Shown here piece after piece: positions 62,589-64,000 of a stretch of 64,000 nt of DNA (position 1 is its first letter; every line of letters starts with the position of its first letter). Both the position numbers and the translations under genes were made by a program. The DNA is taken from NCBI GenBank assembly GCA_012295275.1, contig CM022665.1:10044001-10108000 (forward strand). Direction: 5' to 3'. The notes beneath the pieces were generated by a model. It saw only the letters and a program-made list of their open reading frames with translations. It did no database searches and had not been told where the DNA came from. Source of the stretch: Chrysomallon squamiferum (Eukaryota; Animalia; Mollusca).

Positions 62589-63128
62589 TAATTATTGTTG
62601 ATAGTAAAAATACTTGGTTATTTTCAGTTGCACCATGTGTACATACAGTTATTTCACATTAAGACAGGATAAATCCTAAGCAAAATCAAATAACAAAGTA
62701 AATAAATAAATTAAAATTGAGTTACAGTATATTATATTTTTACATTGTTTTTTTTTTTTAAATTATTTTTTTTATCTAGAAACCATCAACAAATAACAAA
62801 AATGATGAATGATTTGTAAGAAAATAGATCTTCTACCTTTTTTCCTATTTAAAAATACCATAAAGATTTGTGAGAATTTGATATTTCAGATGCAAATGTA
62901 TGAGATTACTATGTATTTCAGTCTTTATTGTAATTGTTTGTTTTTCCATTATATTGTACATATCGGTAAACACTCACAGAAAAAATAATTAAATAATATT
63001 TGATTTATTATTAATTTGTGTCACATGTTACATGTTATTGATATTGTACATTTTTTCCTTTTTTTAATTTGCATATTGTTCTAACAAACTAATTTAAAAG
63101 AAGCTGCTAGTTCACCATGACAAGAAAA

Positions 63129-64000
63129 TGTCTAAAACAACTACTTCACTGTGACAACAGTACTGTCTAAAACAACTACTTCACTGTGACAATACTGTCT
63201 AAAACAACTACTTCACTGTGACAACAGTACTGTCTAAAACAACTATTTCACTGTGACAACAGTACTGTCTAAACAACTACTTCACTGTGACAACAGTACT
63301 GTCTAAACAACTACTTCACTGTGACAACAATACTGTCTAAAACAACTGCTTCATTGTGACAACAGTACTGTCTAAACAACTACTTCACTGTGACAACAAT
63401 ACTGTCTAAAACAACTGCTTCACTGTGACAACAATACTGTCTAAAACAACTGCTTCACTGTGACAGCAAAACGTTCTAAAACAACTGCTTCATTGTGATA
63501 ACAATATTTTCTAAAACAACTACTTCACTGTGACAACAATACTGTCTAAAACAACTGCTTCACTGTGACAACAAAACTGTCTAAAACAACTACTTCACTG
63601 TGACAACAGTACTGTCTAAACAACTACTTCACTGTGACAACAGTACTGTCTAAACAACTACTTCACTGTGACAATACTGTCTAAAACAACTGCTTCACTG
63701 TGACAACAATACTGTCTAAAACAACTACTTCACTGACAACAGCACTGTCTAAACAACTACTTCACTGTGACAACAGCACTGTCTCAACAACTACTTTACT
63801 GTGACAACAATACTGTCTAAAACAACTGCTTCACTGTGACAACAATACTGTCTAAAACAACTACTTCACTGACAACAGCACTGTCTAAACAACTACTTCA
63901 CTGTGACAACAGCACTGTCTAAACAACTACTTTACTGTGACAACAATACTGTCTAAAACAACTGCTTCACTGTGACAACAATACTGTCTAAAACAACTGC
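63129..64000. repeat. Minisatellite, 32-35-bp unit ACTGTCTAAAACAACT(A/G)CTTCACTGTGACAACA(G/A)T, about 25 copies, runs off the right edge
   Basis: Directly visible head-to-tail repeats with no unique spacers. Confidence 0.95.

Noticed and set aside
63129-64000. CRISPR-like regular repeats of ~35 bp
   Set aside because: Units are contiguous with no unique spacers, there are no cas genes, and the context is eukaryotic; it is a minisatellite

Overview
This is AT-rich eukaryotic (animal) genomic DNA, rich in introns and microsatellites, not prokaryotic. Degenerate SINE-like repeats and a mosaic CpG pattern suggest an invertebrate, probably a mollusc (inference). Most ORFs in the supplied track are artefacts of (AAT)n/(AG)n/(CA)n repeats. 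Supported genes, all spliced with GT-AG introns checked by hand: (1) the 5' part of an unidentified minus-strand gene (exons at ~16.9, 10.4, 3.6, 2.0 and 0.4 kb, running off the left edge) with PTB-like motifs; (2) two intact, tandem, diverged 4-exon TLC-domain (TLCD1/2-like) genes on the minus strand (33094-37106, 256 aa; 43518-47028, 248 aa) with identical exon architecture. From ~50 kb rightwards the DNA is CpG-depleted and I found no clear coding exon; it may be a long intron of a plus-strand gene. It holds a degenerate ~53-bp satellite, a 58-bp long-range inverted repeat and a 35-bp minisatellite with a higher-order duplication. There are also hAT-like MITEs, SINE remnants and a perfect 70-bp palindrome. 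I found no CRISPR array, RNA gene or clearly novel multi-gene system. The best leads are the TLCD pair with its shared nuclear-receptor-like promoter block, the unidentified PTB-like gene with possible alternative first exons, and the sharp CpG domains.
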